Shown here in pieces: positions 1-9,639 of a stretch of 41,255 nt of DNA (its first letter is position 1; the number at the start of each line of letters is the position of its first letter). Source of the DNA: Bacteriovoracaceae bacterium (lineage in GTDB: Bacteria; Bdellovibrionota; Bacteriovoracia; Bacteriovoracales; Bacteriovoracaceae); the NCBI GenBank assembly GCA_947440875.1, contig CANETG010000001.1, positions 1 to 41,255 of the forward strand, in the 5' to 3' direction. Under the pieces are notes generated by a model. That model searched no databases. It worked only from the letters and a program-made list of their open reading frames with translations, and had not been told where the DNA came from. The position numbers were made by a program, and so were the translations under genes.

Positions 1-1
1 C

Positions 2-379
2 GGAGAAGTGGATGAAGGAGGAAAATTTGGTGGTATCATGTCACCCATCGTTGATAAGGCCGAGGCAGGAACAGGATTGAGAGGTACCGTCCTCTACAAG
101 GCCGAACTCGTCCGTGCCGAGTCTGGGAAAATTAGTTTTTATATCTTTGACGCGAAAATGAACCTTGTTGATCTAAAACTCTTTGAATCTCAAATCTCAG
201 CAAAGCTCGAAGTGAAGAAGAAAGGAAAATTCACGTATGTGGGAGATTTTAAATTAACGAAAAACGGAAATCATTTTACAGGGCAACTTCCCAAGATAGA
301 TTACAAACCATTCAATATCGATTTTTTCCTTAATCAGGGAACTCAAAATCTTTTTGTTGGATTTTCAAACCTCGACTAG
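2..379 (+). CDS. Hypothetical protein, 5'-truncated by the window edge
   Basis: Frame is open from base 2 to TAG at 377-379; ends 7 nt before the TolC start, so probably co-transcribed. No recognisable motif. Confidence 0.7.
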   Translation, partial: GEVDEGGKFGGIMSPIVDKAEAGTGLRGTVLYKAELVRAESGKISFYIFDAKMNLVDLKLFESQISAKLEVKKKGKFTYVGDFKLTKNGNHFTGQLPKIDYKPFNIDFFLNQGTQNLFVGFSNLD

Positions 380-386
380 GCGATAT

Positions 387-1631
387 ATGCAATTTCTTTT
401 GATCTTTCTTCTCTCGTCTCTGAGTTTTTCCTCTGTCAGTTTGACTGAAGTGTCTCTTCAGACTTTGGCCGCTGAGGCTCCCTCAGTCCAGGCACTGAGA
501 CAGCGGTTGATTTCAGCAGAACAACTGAAGGGATCGCTCAACCGTTCTTTTTACCCTAAGATTAATCTTTCCTACGGAAGAGAACGGTACACGACTGGTC
601 CTTACTATCAGGTGAACCAGCCGTTTGGGGGAATTGAAGCTCATGTGAATATTTTTAACTCCGGGAAAGATTCTTTAGAGAATTCAAAACGAGAAAAAGA
701 AGCCGAGATTGCCTCTATTGATCAAAAAATGGCGGGTGCCCACGTGCTGGCAGAGGCGCGAAAAGCTTTCGCTCATTTTGCTTATCTTGAAGAAATTGAA
801 AGTATCATTGTGGAAGCGATGAAGTTTAATGAGACTAACATCCAAGGTTCTCAAAAACGGATTAATGCTGGGCTAACTTCATCCACTGACGTTCTCGATT
901 TTAAACAGCAGAAAATTTCGCTCGAACAGGAGTTTGAGGGAATAAAATATGAGAAAGGGGCAGTCCAGCGTTTAACGTCAGTTCTTCTGGGATACAACCC
1001 TTCCGAAGAAATTCAAATCCAATATTCAAATTCACATCCAGATCATCACACAGAGAAAACTCCAAGTTCAAATTTTGGACAATCTGCTCTCATGAGAAGG
1101 GCGTCACTTCTCAGTGATATTTCTCTCCTTGAAAAGGAGTCGGCCTCCCGTTGGTGGACTCCAAAATTTGATGTTTTCGGGTACGCCCTCAGATTTACTC
1201 AAAAAGAAAGAGAGTACGCTGAACCTGGACAAAGAAACGACGTTTCTATTGGTTTCAGGCTTACGTTTCCAATTTTTGATGGGGGAGAGGGATTCAGAAA
1301 AACATCGGCCACCCAGGCCGTCTCGAAGGCCTATGAACATCAGGCATTTCAGCGTCGGCTTGAGGTGCAAAAGGAAACTCTCGATGCTTCCAAGAAACTT
1401 GAACTTGCCCATAAACTCATCCACGGGGCAGAAGACAATGTGAAAGTGATGGAAGAGTATCGTGAGGGAATTTTGCGAGAGTACACGAGAGGGGTTAAAA
1501 ACTCACCCGACGTTCTCCAGGCAAATGATCGATGGATCTCAGCTCGCTCCAAGTTTGCCGAAGTGAAGAAGAATTATCAGTTTGCTCGTGCGGAAGCTCT
1601 ATACCTAGAGTCACTTTCTTCACCAAAGTAA
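387..1631 (+). CDS. TolC-family outer membrane efflux protein
   Basis: Signal peptide MQFLLIFLLSSLSFS from ATG 387; two OEP-like repeats (FYPKINLSYG...NIFNSGK; WTPKFDVFG...FPIFDGG), AGLTSSTDVLD and GVKNSPDVLQA motifs. Confidence 0.85.
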   Translation: MQFLLIFLLSSLSFSSVSLTEVSLQTLAAEAPSVQALRQRLISAEQLKGSLNRSFYPKINLSYGRERYTTGPYYQVNQPFGGIEAHVNIFNSGKDSLENSKREKEAEIASIDQKMAGAHVLAEARKAFAHFAYLEEIESIIVEAMKFNETNIQGSQKRINAGLTSSTDVLDFKQQKISLEQEFEGIKYEKGAVQRLTSVLLGYNPSEEIQIQYSNSHPDHHTEKTPSSNFGQSALMRRASLLSDISLLEKESASRWWTPKFDVFGYALRFTQKEREYAEPGQRNDVSIGFRLTFPIFDGGEGFRKTSATQAVSKAYEHQAFQRRLEVQKETLDASKKLELAHKLIHGAEDNVKVMEEYREGILREYTRGVKNSPDVLQANDRWISARSKFAEVKKNYQFARAEALYLESLSSPK

Positions 1632-1693
1632 TTTTTCGAGAATATTAAAGTTGATACTGTGGACATCGGCGAGTGTTGACACTTCTCCAATAT

Positions 1694-3901
1694 TCAGACA
1701 GAGCTCTTTGTTTCATTCGTTGGTTTCCACCGTTTGAGTAGAAGTGAATTCGTGACCACACTGACTGAGCTGAGGGCCATTGCAGCGCCTGCTACAACAG
1801 GATTCAGATAGCCAAGTGCCGCAAGAGGTATTCCGATGACGTTATAGATAAACGCCCAGAATAGGTTCTGCTTAATTTTCGAGTAAGTTCTTCTTGAGAC
1901 TGAGATGGCATCCGGAATAAGGAGGGGATTTCCCCGCATGAGAGTAATCCCGGCCGTATGCATGGCCACGTCTGTGCCGGTCGACATCGCCATTCCCACG
2001 TGGGCCGCAGCGAGGGCCGGGGCATCGTTTATTCCATCTCCCACCATCCCTACAATTTCACCTTTTGCACGAAGCACGCCAATGATTTCAGATTTATTTT
2101 CCGGAAGAACTTCAGCGTAAAACTCATCTATTCCAAGATCATTCGCAACAGTTTTGGCACTGCCTTTGTTATCTCCGGTGAGCATGACTGTTTTCACACC
2201 CAAATCTTTGAGTTGTGCAATTGTTAAGCGAGCAGATTCTTTGATTGTGTCACTGAAAGTGACCATTCCTATTATTGTGTTCTCAGAAACATTGATTAAA
2301 TATGAGACTGTTTCGCCGAGTGATTCTCTTTGTGTTGCGGAAGCCATTGAGAGTTCATCGTGAATATTCATCTCTTTCACAACACGCTTACTCCCCACAA
2401 TATAATGTTTCCCTTCCACGACAGCTTCTAATCCTCGACCTGGAAAAGCTTTAGACGATTCAGGAAACGTGAATGCGACATTTTGCTTTTGAGCTTCTTT
2501 AATAATTGCTTTTCCCAGGGGATGCTCACTACCGTTTTGAATAGTGGCCATAATTTTTAAAATATTTTTCTCTGTGCTATTGTAAGAATAAATTTTTTGC
2601 ACAGAAGGTTTTCCTTCCGTTAAAGTTCCGGTCTTATCAAACGCAATAATCGTCAGTGAATGGGTGATCTCAAGAGCTTCAGAATCTTTGATAAGAATTC
2701 CTGCTTTAGCGGCGACACCTGTTCCCACCATGATCGAAGTGGGTGTCGCAAGTCCCAGAGCACACGGACAGGCAATAACCAGTACGGCGACTCCATGAAT
2801 GATCGCAACTTCCCAATTCCCATTAAGAAGACCCGTGATTAAAATTGTTAGTGCTGCGATAATAAGGACGGCTGGAACAAAATATCCACTCACTTTATCG
2901 ACGAGTCTTTGGATGGGTGCTTTTACTGCCTGCGCATCTTCAATCATTCGAATGATTCTGGATAACATCGTTTCCGTTCCGACGGCATCTACCTGGATGA
3001 AAATTGTTCCTTCACCATTAATCGATCCACCTACGACCTTATCTGTTTCTTTTTTGACTACCGGAAGACTCTCTCCGGTAATAAGAGATTCATCGATATG
3101 AGTTGAGCCTTTTGAAATTATTCCGTCCACAGGAATTCTTTCCCCAGGTCTGACCACAACACGGTCACCCAATTTAATAGCATTAACTGACACTTCAATC
3201 TCTTCTTTATCCTGAATTATTCGTGCCGTTGTGGGTCTTAAGTTTTGAAGTGCTTTGATGGCGGCCGTCGTTTGGCCCTTCGCGCGCGCCTCAAGATATT
3301 TTCCTAAAAGTACGAGCGTGATGATGACGGCAGAGCCTTCGAAATAAAGATGGGGCGGGTTTTGGGTGAGATGATTTAAGTTTTTGAGAAGAAGATAAAC
3401 GCTGAGTCCATAGGCGGCACTTGTTCCGATCGCTACGAGAAGCTCCATATTTCCAATCTTTGCCTTCAGTGCTCCCCAAGCAGATTGATAAAAACGAGCT
3501 CCCACATAAAATTGCACCGGAGTAGAAAGGAGCCACTGAATCCAAGGTGAGGGCATCAAATGAATTCCCAGTGGTTCACCAAGCATAGGAAGAATGAGGG
3601 GCAAAGTTAAAAGGGTAGAAAGGAGAATAAGCTTCTTCTCTTTTTTTAAAAAATCTATTTTTTCATTTGGATCTTGTTTCTCGGAGTTCGATACCTTCGC
3701 TGCGTATCCGGCATCTGAAATCATTGAAATAATCTTCTGGAGATTAACTTTCGATGGCTCATAGGAAATACTGGCCTTCTCAGTTGCAAGATTCACTGAA
3801 GCAGCAATGATACCCTCATTTTTTTTCAAGACTTTCTCAATCCTGAACACACATGAGGCACACGTCATACCTTCAATATCTAATACGGTATTTCTTTCCA
3901 T
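1694..3901 (-). CDS. copA: Cu(I)-translocating P1B-type ATPase
   Basis: N-terminal HMA GMTCASC, TGES, CPC, DKTGT, HP, GDGINDAP, plus YN and MALSS typical of P1B-1 Cu+ pumps. Confidence 0.95.
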   Translation of the reverse strand: MERNTVLDIEGMTCASCVFRIEKVLKKNEGIIAASVNLATEKASISYEPSKVNLQKIISMISDAGYAAKVSNSEKQDPNEKIDFLKKEKKLILLSTLLTLPLILPMLGEPLGIHLMPSPWIQWLLSTPVQFYVGARFYQSAWGALKAKIGNMELLVAIGTSAAYGLSVYLLLKNLNHLTQNPPHLYFEGSAVIITLVLLGKYLEARAKGQTTAAIKALQNLRPTTARIIQDKEEIEVSVNAIKLGDRVVVRPGERIPVDGIISKGSTHIDESLITGESLPVVKKETDKVVGGSINGEGTIFIQVDAVGTETMLSRIIRMIEDAQAVKAPIQRLVDKVSGYFVPAVLIIAALTILITGLLNGNWEVAIIHGVAVLVIACPCALGLATPTSIMVGTGVAAKAGILIKDSEALEITHSLTIIAFDKTGTLTEGKPSVQKIYSYNSTEKNILKIMATIQNGSEHPLGKAIIKEAQKQNVAFTFPESSKAFPGRGLEAVVEGKHYIVGSKRVVKEMNIHDELSMASATQRESLGETVSYLINVSENTIIGMVTFSDTIKESARLTIAQLKDLGVKTVMLTGDNKGSAKTVANDLGIDEFYAEVLPENKSEIIGVLRAKGEIVGMVGDGINDAPALAAAHVGMAMSTGTDVAMHTAGITLMRGNPLLIPDAISVSRRTYSKIKQNLFWAFIYNVIGIPLAALGYLNPVVAGAAMALSSVSVVTNSLLLKRWKPTNETKSSV

Positions 3902-3922
3902 TAATTATCCTCTGCTATTTTT

Positions 3923-3953
3923 ATCCTAGAGCTTCCCTTAATGTGAAGGTCAA
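3923..3953 (-). promoter_or_regulatory. MerR-type (CueR-like) promoter/operator of copA
   Basis: Minus strand reads TTGACC-19 nt-TAGGAT and contains ACCTTCA-N7-GGAAGCT, matching the CueR dyad ACCTTCC-N7-GGAAGGT at 12/14. Confidence 0.85.
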
Positions 3954-4092
3954 GGGTGTAAACAATTGGAATATTCTTTAATCAATCAGTTTTTTATTTT
4001 CTGGTCGACCTTCTGCTACGATGCACCCGCTATTGACGGTTTTCACCTGCGGGCGGATGCTACTCTTGTTACCTATCAAACCAGGAGTTATC

Positions 4093-4446
4093 ATGAAATT
4101 TCTTTTCACTGTTGTTGCTTTCGCACTGACATCTTCCGCTTTTGCAACTCATTTTCATGCAGTGATTGACGACGTTGAATGTTCAATCGCTGACGGAAAG
4201 GTCACTCGTACAGCTTCTTTTGGCAAAGAGTTTATCGGAAGCTTCAAGGAAACTAAGTCGATTGAACTTTCTGGACTTGCACCTTTCATTCGTAAAGTTT
4301 CAGAAGTCTCTTCTCAGTTACCGCATTCGAATGATTCTGAATTTCGCTTCACGATGATCCATGAAGGAAAGAGTTACTCGCTCAACACCCGTGATTCTCT
4401 TGAGAGCTCAATGATCGTAAGAATGATTTCTAAAATCTGCCGGTAA
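4093..4446 (+). CDS. Small secreted hypothetical protein
   Basis: AGGAG RBS before ATG 4093; signal peptide MKFLFTVVAFALTSSAFA; two Cys. Confidence 0.8.
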   Translation: MKFLFTVVAFALTSSAFATHFHAVIDDVECSIADGKVTRTASFGKEFIGSFKETKSIELSGLAPFIRKVSEVSSQLPHSNDSEFRFTMIHEGKSYSLNTRDSLESSMIVRMISKICR

Positions 4447-4458
4447 TCGAATTTTTTT

Positions 4459-4484
4459 TTCCGGCAGGTTTCATCCTGCCGGAA
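4459..4484. terminator. 10-bp inverted repeat between convergent genes (possible terminator or stabilising stem)
   Basis: TTCCGGCAGG-TTTCAT-CCTGCCGGAA; no downstream U-tract on either strand, so not a canonical intrinsic terminator. Confidence 0.4.
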
Positions 4485-4606
4485 CCTCATCGCTATAATG
4501 ACGCGATACACACACGAGAGAGTGTTCTTTCTCTTATCTTTTTTGTCAAAGGTCCAAACCGACTTCCCATCCTCTTGCCCCGGAGCGAGGATGAGAAATG
4601 TCATAC

Positions 4607-6952
4607 TTACTTCTTTACCTGAATATTCTTTAGATTCGCGAACGCATTGTTCTTAAATTGGGGCCCTGATGACATCTGTGGCGACTTCTCTTCCCGTCTC
4701 GGTCCTCCATTTTTTCTCGGAGCTCCTGCGCCGGTGCCCGTGACGCCTTCTGTTTGTGAATCAGATTTGCACGACAATGAAATACGACGTCTATCCATGT
4801 CAATGCCGAGCACTCGTACTTTAAGTTCTTGTCCGACTTTTAAAACGTCCATGGCATTTTCCACAAAGCGATCACTCATCTCAGAGATATGAAGTAGACC
4901 ATTCTCCTTGATTCCAATATCAACGAAAGCACCGAACATGGTAATGTTCGTGACCTGACCCTGGTACCACTGACCGATTTTGATATCCTTAAGATCAGAA
5001 ATTCCTTTCGTGAATTCGACTGATTTGAAGGCAGTTCGTGGATCCTGGGAAGGGGCCTTTAAGCATTTGACGATATCCGTGAGAGTGAGTTCACCCATCT
5101 CAGTATTTAATCTTTTATCCGTCGCAAGCTCATTCTGAAGGGATTCATCCGTCAGCAGATCAGTGCATGTTTTATTTTTTGTTTTCGTCCAAGCTTCAAG
5201 AGTCGGGTACCTCTCTGGATGAATGAATGTTCCATCGAGCGGATGGGCCGCATTGTAAATGCGAAGAAATCCTGCCGATTGCTCGAACACTTTCTGAGAA
5301 AAACGCGAAACTTTCAGAAGTTCCTGCCTTGACTTGAATTGACCTTTCTCATCCCGATACTTGACGACATTTTGAGCGACAGTTGGTCCAATTCCAGAAA
5401 CGAATGAAAGAAGCGGTGCCGAGGCAGTGTTGAGATCGACTCCGACAAAATTCACGCAGGATTCCACCACGGCCTCGAGATTATTTTTGAGTTGTACCTG
5501 ATTCACATCATGTTGATACTGGCCTACACCAATGGATTTCGGATCAATTTTCACAAGCTCTGCGAGTGGATCCTGGAAACGTCTGGCAATGGAAATTGCC
5601 CCACGAACTGTAACGTCTTTATCAGGGAATTCCGCGCGGGCAATGTCTGAAGCTGAATAGATGGAAGCTCCTGATTCCGAAATCATCGTAGCTTTGACTT
5701 TTCCGTCTTTCACCTGAGCAATATGCGATTCGACAAAATCAAGTGTCTCACGACCGTAGGTCCCGTTACCGATGGCGATGTACTCGATGTTGAACATATC
5801 AATCATCTTCGTGAGAATCTGCGCTGATCCGACTTTATCAAGACGTGGTTCATGTGGATAGATCACGTGATCACCCATGAATTTTCCGGTGTGATCGACG
5901 ATGACCACTTTACAGCCTGTACGAATACCCGGATCGATTCCGAGAACTGCTTTAGAGCCCAAGTAAGGCTGGAGAAGAAGATTTTTTAGATTGATGCCAA
6001 AGACTGAGATCGCTGCGGTGTCTGCGATTTTTTTTAGGTCATTTTTAACTTCAAGATCTAGCGAGGGTTGAATGTAGTTCATGAATGATTTTTCTGCACA
6101 CTTTTTGAGTGTCTCGTAATTGGCGAGTTTGTCTTTCTTGGGAAAGAATTCCTGCTCAACCATACCAATTCCGATTTCCGGAACAATTTCGGCATCCACT
6201 TTGAGGATTTTCAGATTCATCCCGCGTCTCATCGCCATATAGCGGTGAGAAGATTTCGGGTCTTTAATCTTTGACAGTGGTTCAGAAAACTCAAAGAAGT
6301 CTTTAAACTTAGAGGCGTCTTCAATTTTTTCGCCGTCTTTTCTCAGGGCCGCTTTCATCACACCCGATTCCCAAAAAGTTTGGCGGATTCGCTCTTTGAG
6401 TTCGAGCTTATGAGAGAAGGTTTCAATCAAAATATCGCAGGCACCGCTGATCGCGTCCTGGACGTCTTTAATTTTTCCTGCCATTGGTTTGACGAATTTC
6501 TCTTCAATTTCGGAAGTCAAATTACGGATATCTTTGTCACCTTTCATGATCATTTCAGACAGCGGCTCGAGCCCGTTGTCTTTGGCGATCATCGCCTTGG
6601 TTTTTTTCTTCGACTTAAAGGGAGCGTAAATGTCTTCGAGCTGATTGAGGTTCTGCGCGACTTTAATCTGGCGCTCGAGCTCCGGAGTCATCATTTCCAT
6701 CTTTTTGATGGCATCGAGGATAAATTCGCGGCGTTTTTCAGTTTCTACGTATTCATTATAGGATTCTTGGATATCGCGGATCTGCACTTCGTCGAGGTTC
6801 CCTGTTACTTCCTTACGGTATCTGGCGATGAAGGGGATCGTGCATTCTTCTTCAAAAAGAAGCTTCGCCGTCGCGAGCACTTTTCCGGCAGGAATGCCGA
6901 GTTTTTGGGTAGAAAAGACAACTGCTTTAGGTTCGAGAGTTTGAGCGGCCAT
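4607..6952 (-). CDS. tex: Tex/YhgF RNA-binding transcriptional accessory protein
   Basis: TIPFIARYRKEVTG, GIDPGIRTGCK, AISIARRFQDPLAELVKIDPKSIGVGQYQHDV, HhH region, C-terminal S1 domain (FGAFVDIG). Confidence 0.95.
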   Translation of the reverse strand: MAAQTLEPKAVVFSTQKLGIPAGKVLATAKLLFEEECTIPFIARYRKEVTGNLDEVQIRDIQESYNEYVETEKRREFILDAIKKMEMMTPELERQIKVAQNLNQLEDIYAPFKSKKKTKAMIAKDNGLEPLSEMIMKGDKDIRNLTSEIEEKFVKPMAGKIKDVQDAISGACDILIETFSHKLELKERIRQTFWESGVMKAALRKDGEKIEDASKFKDFFEFSEPLSKIKDPKSSHRYMAMRRGMNLKILKVDAEIVPEIGIGMVEQEFFPKKDKLANYETLKKCAEKSFMNYIQPSLDLEVKNDLKKIADTAAISVFGINLKNLLLQPYLGSKAVLGIDPGIRTGCKVVIVDHTGKFMGDHVIYPHEPRLDKVGSAQILTKMIDMFNIEYIAIGNGTYGRETLDFVESHIAQVKDGKVKATMISESGASIYSASDIARAEFPDKDVTVRGAISIARRFQDPLAELVKIDPKSIGVGQYQHDVNQVQLKNNLEAVVESCVNFVGVDLNTASAPLLSFVSGIGPTVAQNVVKYRDEKGQFKSRQELLKVSRFSQKVFEQSAGFLRIYNAAHPLDGTFIHPERYPTLEAWTKTKNKTCTDLLTDESLQNELATDKRLNTEMGELTLTDIVKCLKAPSQDPRTAFKSVEFTKGISDLKDIKIGQWYQGQVTNITMFGAFVDIGIKENGLLHISEMSDRFVENAMDVLKVGQELKVRVLGIDMDRRRISLSCKSDSQTEGVTGTGAGAPRKNGGPRREEKSPQMSSGPQFKNNAFANLKNIQVKK

Positions 6953-7067
6953 ACGTGGCTTTCTCCTCTAAGAGATAGGAAAATTAAGGTGAAGATTAGG
7001 GTGGCACTCGGGAGTGGAAATTGGCAACCATTTGTGGGAAAATGTAGGAAGATTTAAACAATAAGGA

Positions 7068-8051
7068 TTGAAATTGACGACCATTGCCATCATAGGGGGA
7101 GGAATTGCGGCGCGAAGCCTTCTCTTCACTATGGCAAAGAATAAAATCTCAGCGAAGATTCTTGTTTTTTATTCCGATAGTTTTGCTTTTCCTTGCTCCC
7201 TTCACTCCACGGCCATTGTTGCTCCCCGCGGAGTCACGACCGGATTATCACCATTGGGTGATCATTTATTTGAAAGTTTTGAGAGATTTAAAAGGCATGT
7301 TGATAACGACCGTCCCCATGGGGTGATCGTTGTTCCCCAGTATACGGGGGTAAAAACTAAAGTCGATGAATTTAAAAAAAGATATCCCTTTGCTGTCGTT
7401 GCCAAGAACGCTGGAAGTATTGATCTGTCTGAAGAAGTTCATCTCATCGAAGAACGGGCCTATCTTATCCGGCCCCGCGAATATCTCGACTGGCTTCTCA
7501 CCGAGGCGAAAAAATCTCTCGACTCCACCATCATTAATTCTTTCGTCACTCAAGTCAAAGACGGAAAGATCACGACGACCGATGGGTATGAGTATTCGGC
7601 GGATAAAATTATTTTTACTGCCGGAGTTCAAAACGATCTGTGGCAGGAGTATTTCCCGATCAAGAAAACTACGAAGCCAGTCCAGGGCAGCTATCTTGAG
7701 TTCAGTGGAGTGAAACATACCGACTCTTTCTCTCTAAGCCTCGATGGCGACAATCTTATCTACGACAAAGAAAAAGAAACTCTTCTCTTGGGATCAACCA
7801 CCAGAGAATCTCGCCTGGAGCTTTCTCCGGAAAAAGAGCTCCTTAGCATCTATCAGGATTTTTCAAAAAACATAGGAATTGATCTCCCAGCATTTTCTTC
7901 TGGCGAAATTAAAATCGGTCTTCGTGAGAAGGCCTCTAAGCGCGAGCCCTACCTTCTGCAGTCAGGAATCTATTCGATGATCGGGGGATTTTACAAAAAC
8001 GGTTATCGTGTGAGCTTATCCATGGCGGAGAGACTTCTTAATTCCCTTTAA
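7068..8051 (+). CDS. FAD-dependent oxidoreductase (DAO/glycine oxidase-like)
   Basis: N-terminal IAIIGGGIAA Rossmann motif, ADKIIFTAG, LGST, GLR, GGFYKNGY; TTG start with AAGGA RBS. Confidence 0.8.
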   Translation: MKLTTIAIIGGGIAARSLLFTMAKNKISAKILVFYSDSFAFPCSLHSTAIVAPRGVTTGLSPLGDHLFESFERFKRHVDNDRPHGVIVVPQYTGVKTKVDEFKKRYPFAVVAKNAGSIDLSEEVHLIEERAYLIRPREYLDWLLTEAKKSLDSTIINSFVTQVKDGKITTTDGYEYSADKIIFTAGVQNDLWQEYFPIKKTTKPVQGSYLEFSGVKHTDSFSLSLDGDNLIYDKEKETLLLGSTTRESRLELSPEKELLSIYQDFSKNIGIDLPAFSSGEIKIGLREKASKREPYLLQSGIYSMIGGFYKNGYRVSLSMAERLLNSL

Positions 8052-8835
8052 AAATACTCCATCGAGTTTTTTCATCCCAGGCCCGGGCCTGTTTGTAAAA
8101 TGACTTCTTACACTCATCATTTTGATTTTCGCTTCGTAAAATCTCGAGCTCTGCCTTCGTCACAGGGAGCCTCGGGCGAGCATTAATGCTTAATGAAACT
8201 TCCACTCCGTAGCCAATCATCTTGAGAAGGTTGGAGGCAATTTTATCATTTTTACTTTTCACATCCCGGCAAAAGTGTGACGGGACGTGAATGAAGCCGA
8301 AGTTAAGATCATCTTCGAGCAAAGTGGTCTGGAAACTGAGATTGTTACACACAAAACTTCCAGCGTTGTTAGAGATCGCAAGTTCTTTTCTGTCGTCTGT
8401 ACTCAAAGCGCAATACATTTCAGGCAGCGGGTAATTAAATCCCACGGCAAAAGGAGCGCCAGAAATAATGGGAGTATTCCTTCTCTCCACACCACTATTA
8501 TCAGGACCCTTGGTGCGGTCCAGATTTCTTCCCATGAGTTCGGCCTTCATTTCGCATCCGGTTTCACCTAGACTAATCACCAACACCGGTCTTTCTGGAA
8601 GTGCGTTCACACAGTCTTTCAATTGATTAAACGAGACATCGAACTTTGTTTCCACTTCACAGAGTTTGATCTCAAAGGGGAGATTTGTGGATTTCATTTT
8701 CGCCAAGATGAGTGCCGCAACGGTGCCGGAATTATTCGCCGGTGCTTTCCCAAAAGGATCGAAGTAACTCACCAGGACGGTCGGTTTCCCCCAAGCAAAG
8801 GAACTCATCAAAAGTGTCAAAAGGAGCAGTCTCAT
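8038..8835 (-). CDS. Pyroglutamyl-peptidase I (C15) family protein with signal peptide
   Basis: YFDPFG...NNS, SLGE, AELMGRN (Glu), AGSFVCN (Cys), GFIHVP (His); starts MRLLLLTLLMSSFAWG at ATG 8835. Confidence 0.85.
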   Translation of the reverse strand: MRLLLLTLLMSSFAWGKPTVLVSYFDPFGKAPANNSGTVAALILAKMKSTNLPFEIKLCEVETKFDVSFNQLKDCVNALPERPVLVISLGETGCEMKAELMGRNLDRTKGPDNSGVERRNTPIISGAPFAVGFNYPLPEMYCALSTDDRKELAISNNAGSFVCNNLSFQTTLLEDDLNFGFIHVPSHFCRDVKSKNDKIASNLLKMIGYGVEVSLSINARPRLPVTKAELEILRSENQNDECKKSFYKQARAWDEKTRWSIFKGN

Positions 8836-8967
8836 GGAGTGCTTATCCCTTTTATTGACACCTTCCACAAGCTCACTCGGTAGAAATTTCCCTTTCAAAA
8901 ACTGACCCTCAACACCTCTAAGACTCATCCGAAGAGTTCATACGCGAACATTCTCAAGGATGATTTT

Positions 8968-9630
8968 ATGGGTAAATGGATTTTCGGTTTGGGACTAATT
9001 TTCACGCTCTCAGTTTCATACGAGACTCAATTCGAAGAAAGTGGTTCCGAGTTCACTACTCCCGTGAAGAGCTTTTCTCTTCACGAGAAAGGCTACCTCA
9101 CACCCGATTCAGTCCCAACAGGCCGACTCCTGGTCGTTCCCATGCAGGTCACTGGGTTCGATGGTGAGAAGAGTGTGAAGCTCGAATCGGCGTTTCGTGT
9201 CCTCGAAGATGTGGTCAATTCAGAAGAGTTTAAAGAAAAAGTGCTTAACTTTAAAAATAGAAAAGGTGAGCGCGCTTTTGCTTCCAATAAAGGTCTTACG
9301 AATGAAGATATTTACTCCAAATTCATGGATGGTCGTGAGAACCTCCAGCAGGATACACCAAATGAAATGAACTTCTTTTTGAAACTCTACAATCGTCCGT
9401 GGTCTCGAGTCATCGGTTACACTTCAGGGAGTACGAATCTTATCAATATTAACTGGAAGTACTTCAAAGGCAATCCCATTCATAGTGTCGCCGCAAACCT
9501 CGCGCACGAATGGGTTCATAAAATTGGATTCGACCACACGTCTGCTTCTGAATCAGATTCAGTTCCTTACGGAATTGGGTACATCGTGGGAGAACTTGTG
9601 AAGGCCCGACTCTCATCAGGCCTTTACTAA
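8968..9630 (+). CDS. Secreted putative zinc metalloprotease
   Basis: Hydrophobic N-terminus; HEWVHKIGFDH = HExxHxxGxxH. Confidence 0.75.
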   Translation: MGKWIFGLGLIFTLSVSYETQFEESGSEFTTPVKSFSLHEKGYLTPDSVPTGRLLVVPMQVTGFDGEKSVKLESAFRVLEDVVNSEEFKEKVLNFKNRKGERAFASNKGLTNEDIYSKFMDGRENLQQDTPNEMNFFLKLYNRPWSRVIGYTSGSTNLININWKYFKGNPIHSVAANLAHEWVHKIGFDHTSASESDSVPYGIGYIVGELVKARLSSGLY

Positions 9631-9639
9631 GACTTTCAT

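Noticed and set aside
4374-4604. 76-aa minus-strand ORF right after tex
   Set aside because: Runs through the inverted repeat and overlaps the convergent gene; no RBS or motif.
6380-7057. 225-aa + strand ORF and similar long antisense ORFs (e.g. 25675-26286)
   Set aside because: Antisense shadows of well-supported genes (tex, ftsH) with no motifs.
8909-8935. Sigma28-like promoter TCAA-N15-TCCGAAGA before the metalloprotease
   Set aside because: Only 8/12 match to TAAA-N15-GCCGATAA; not distinguishable from chance by eye.
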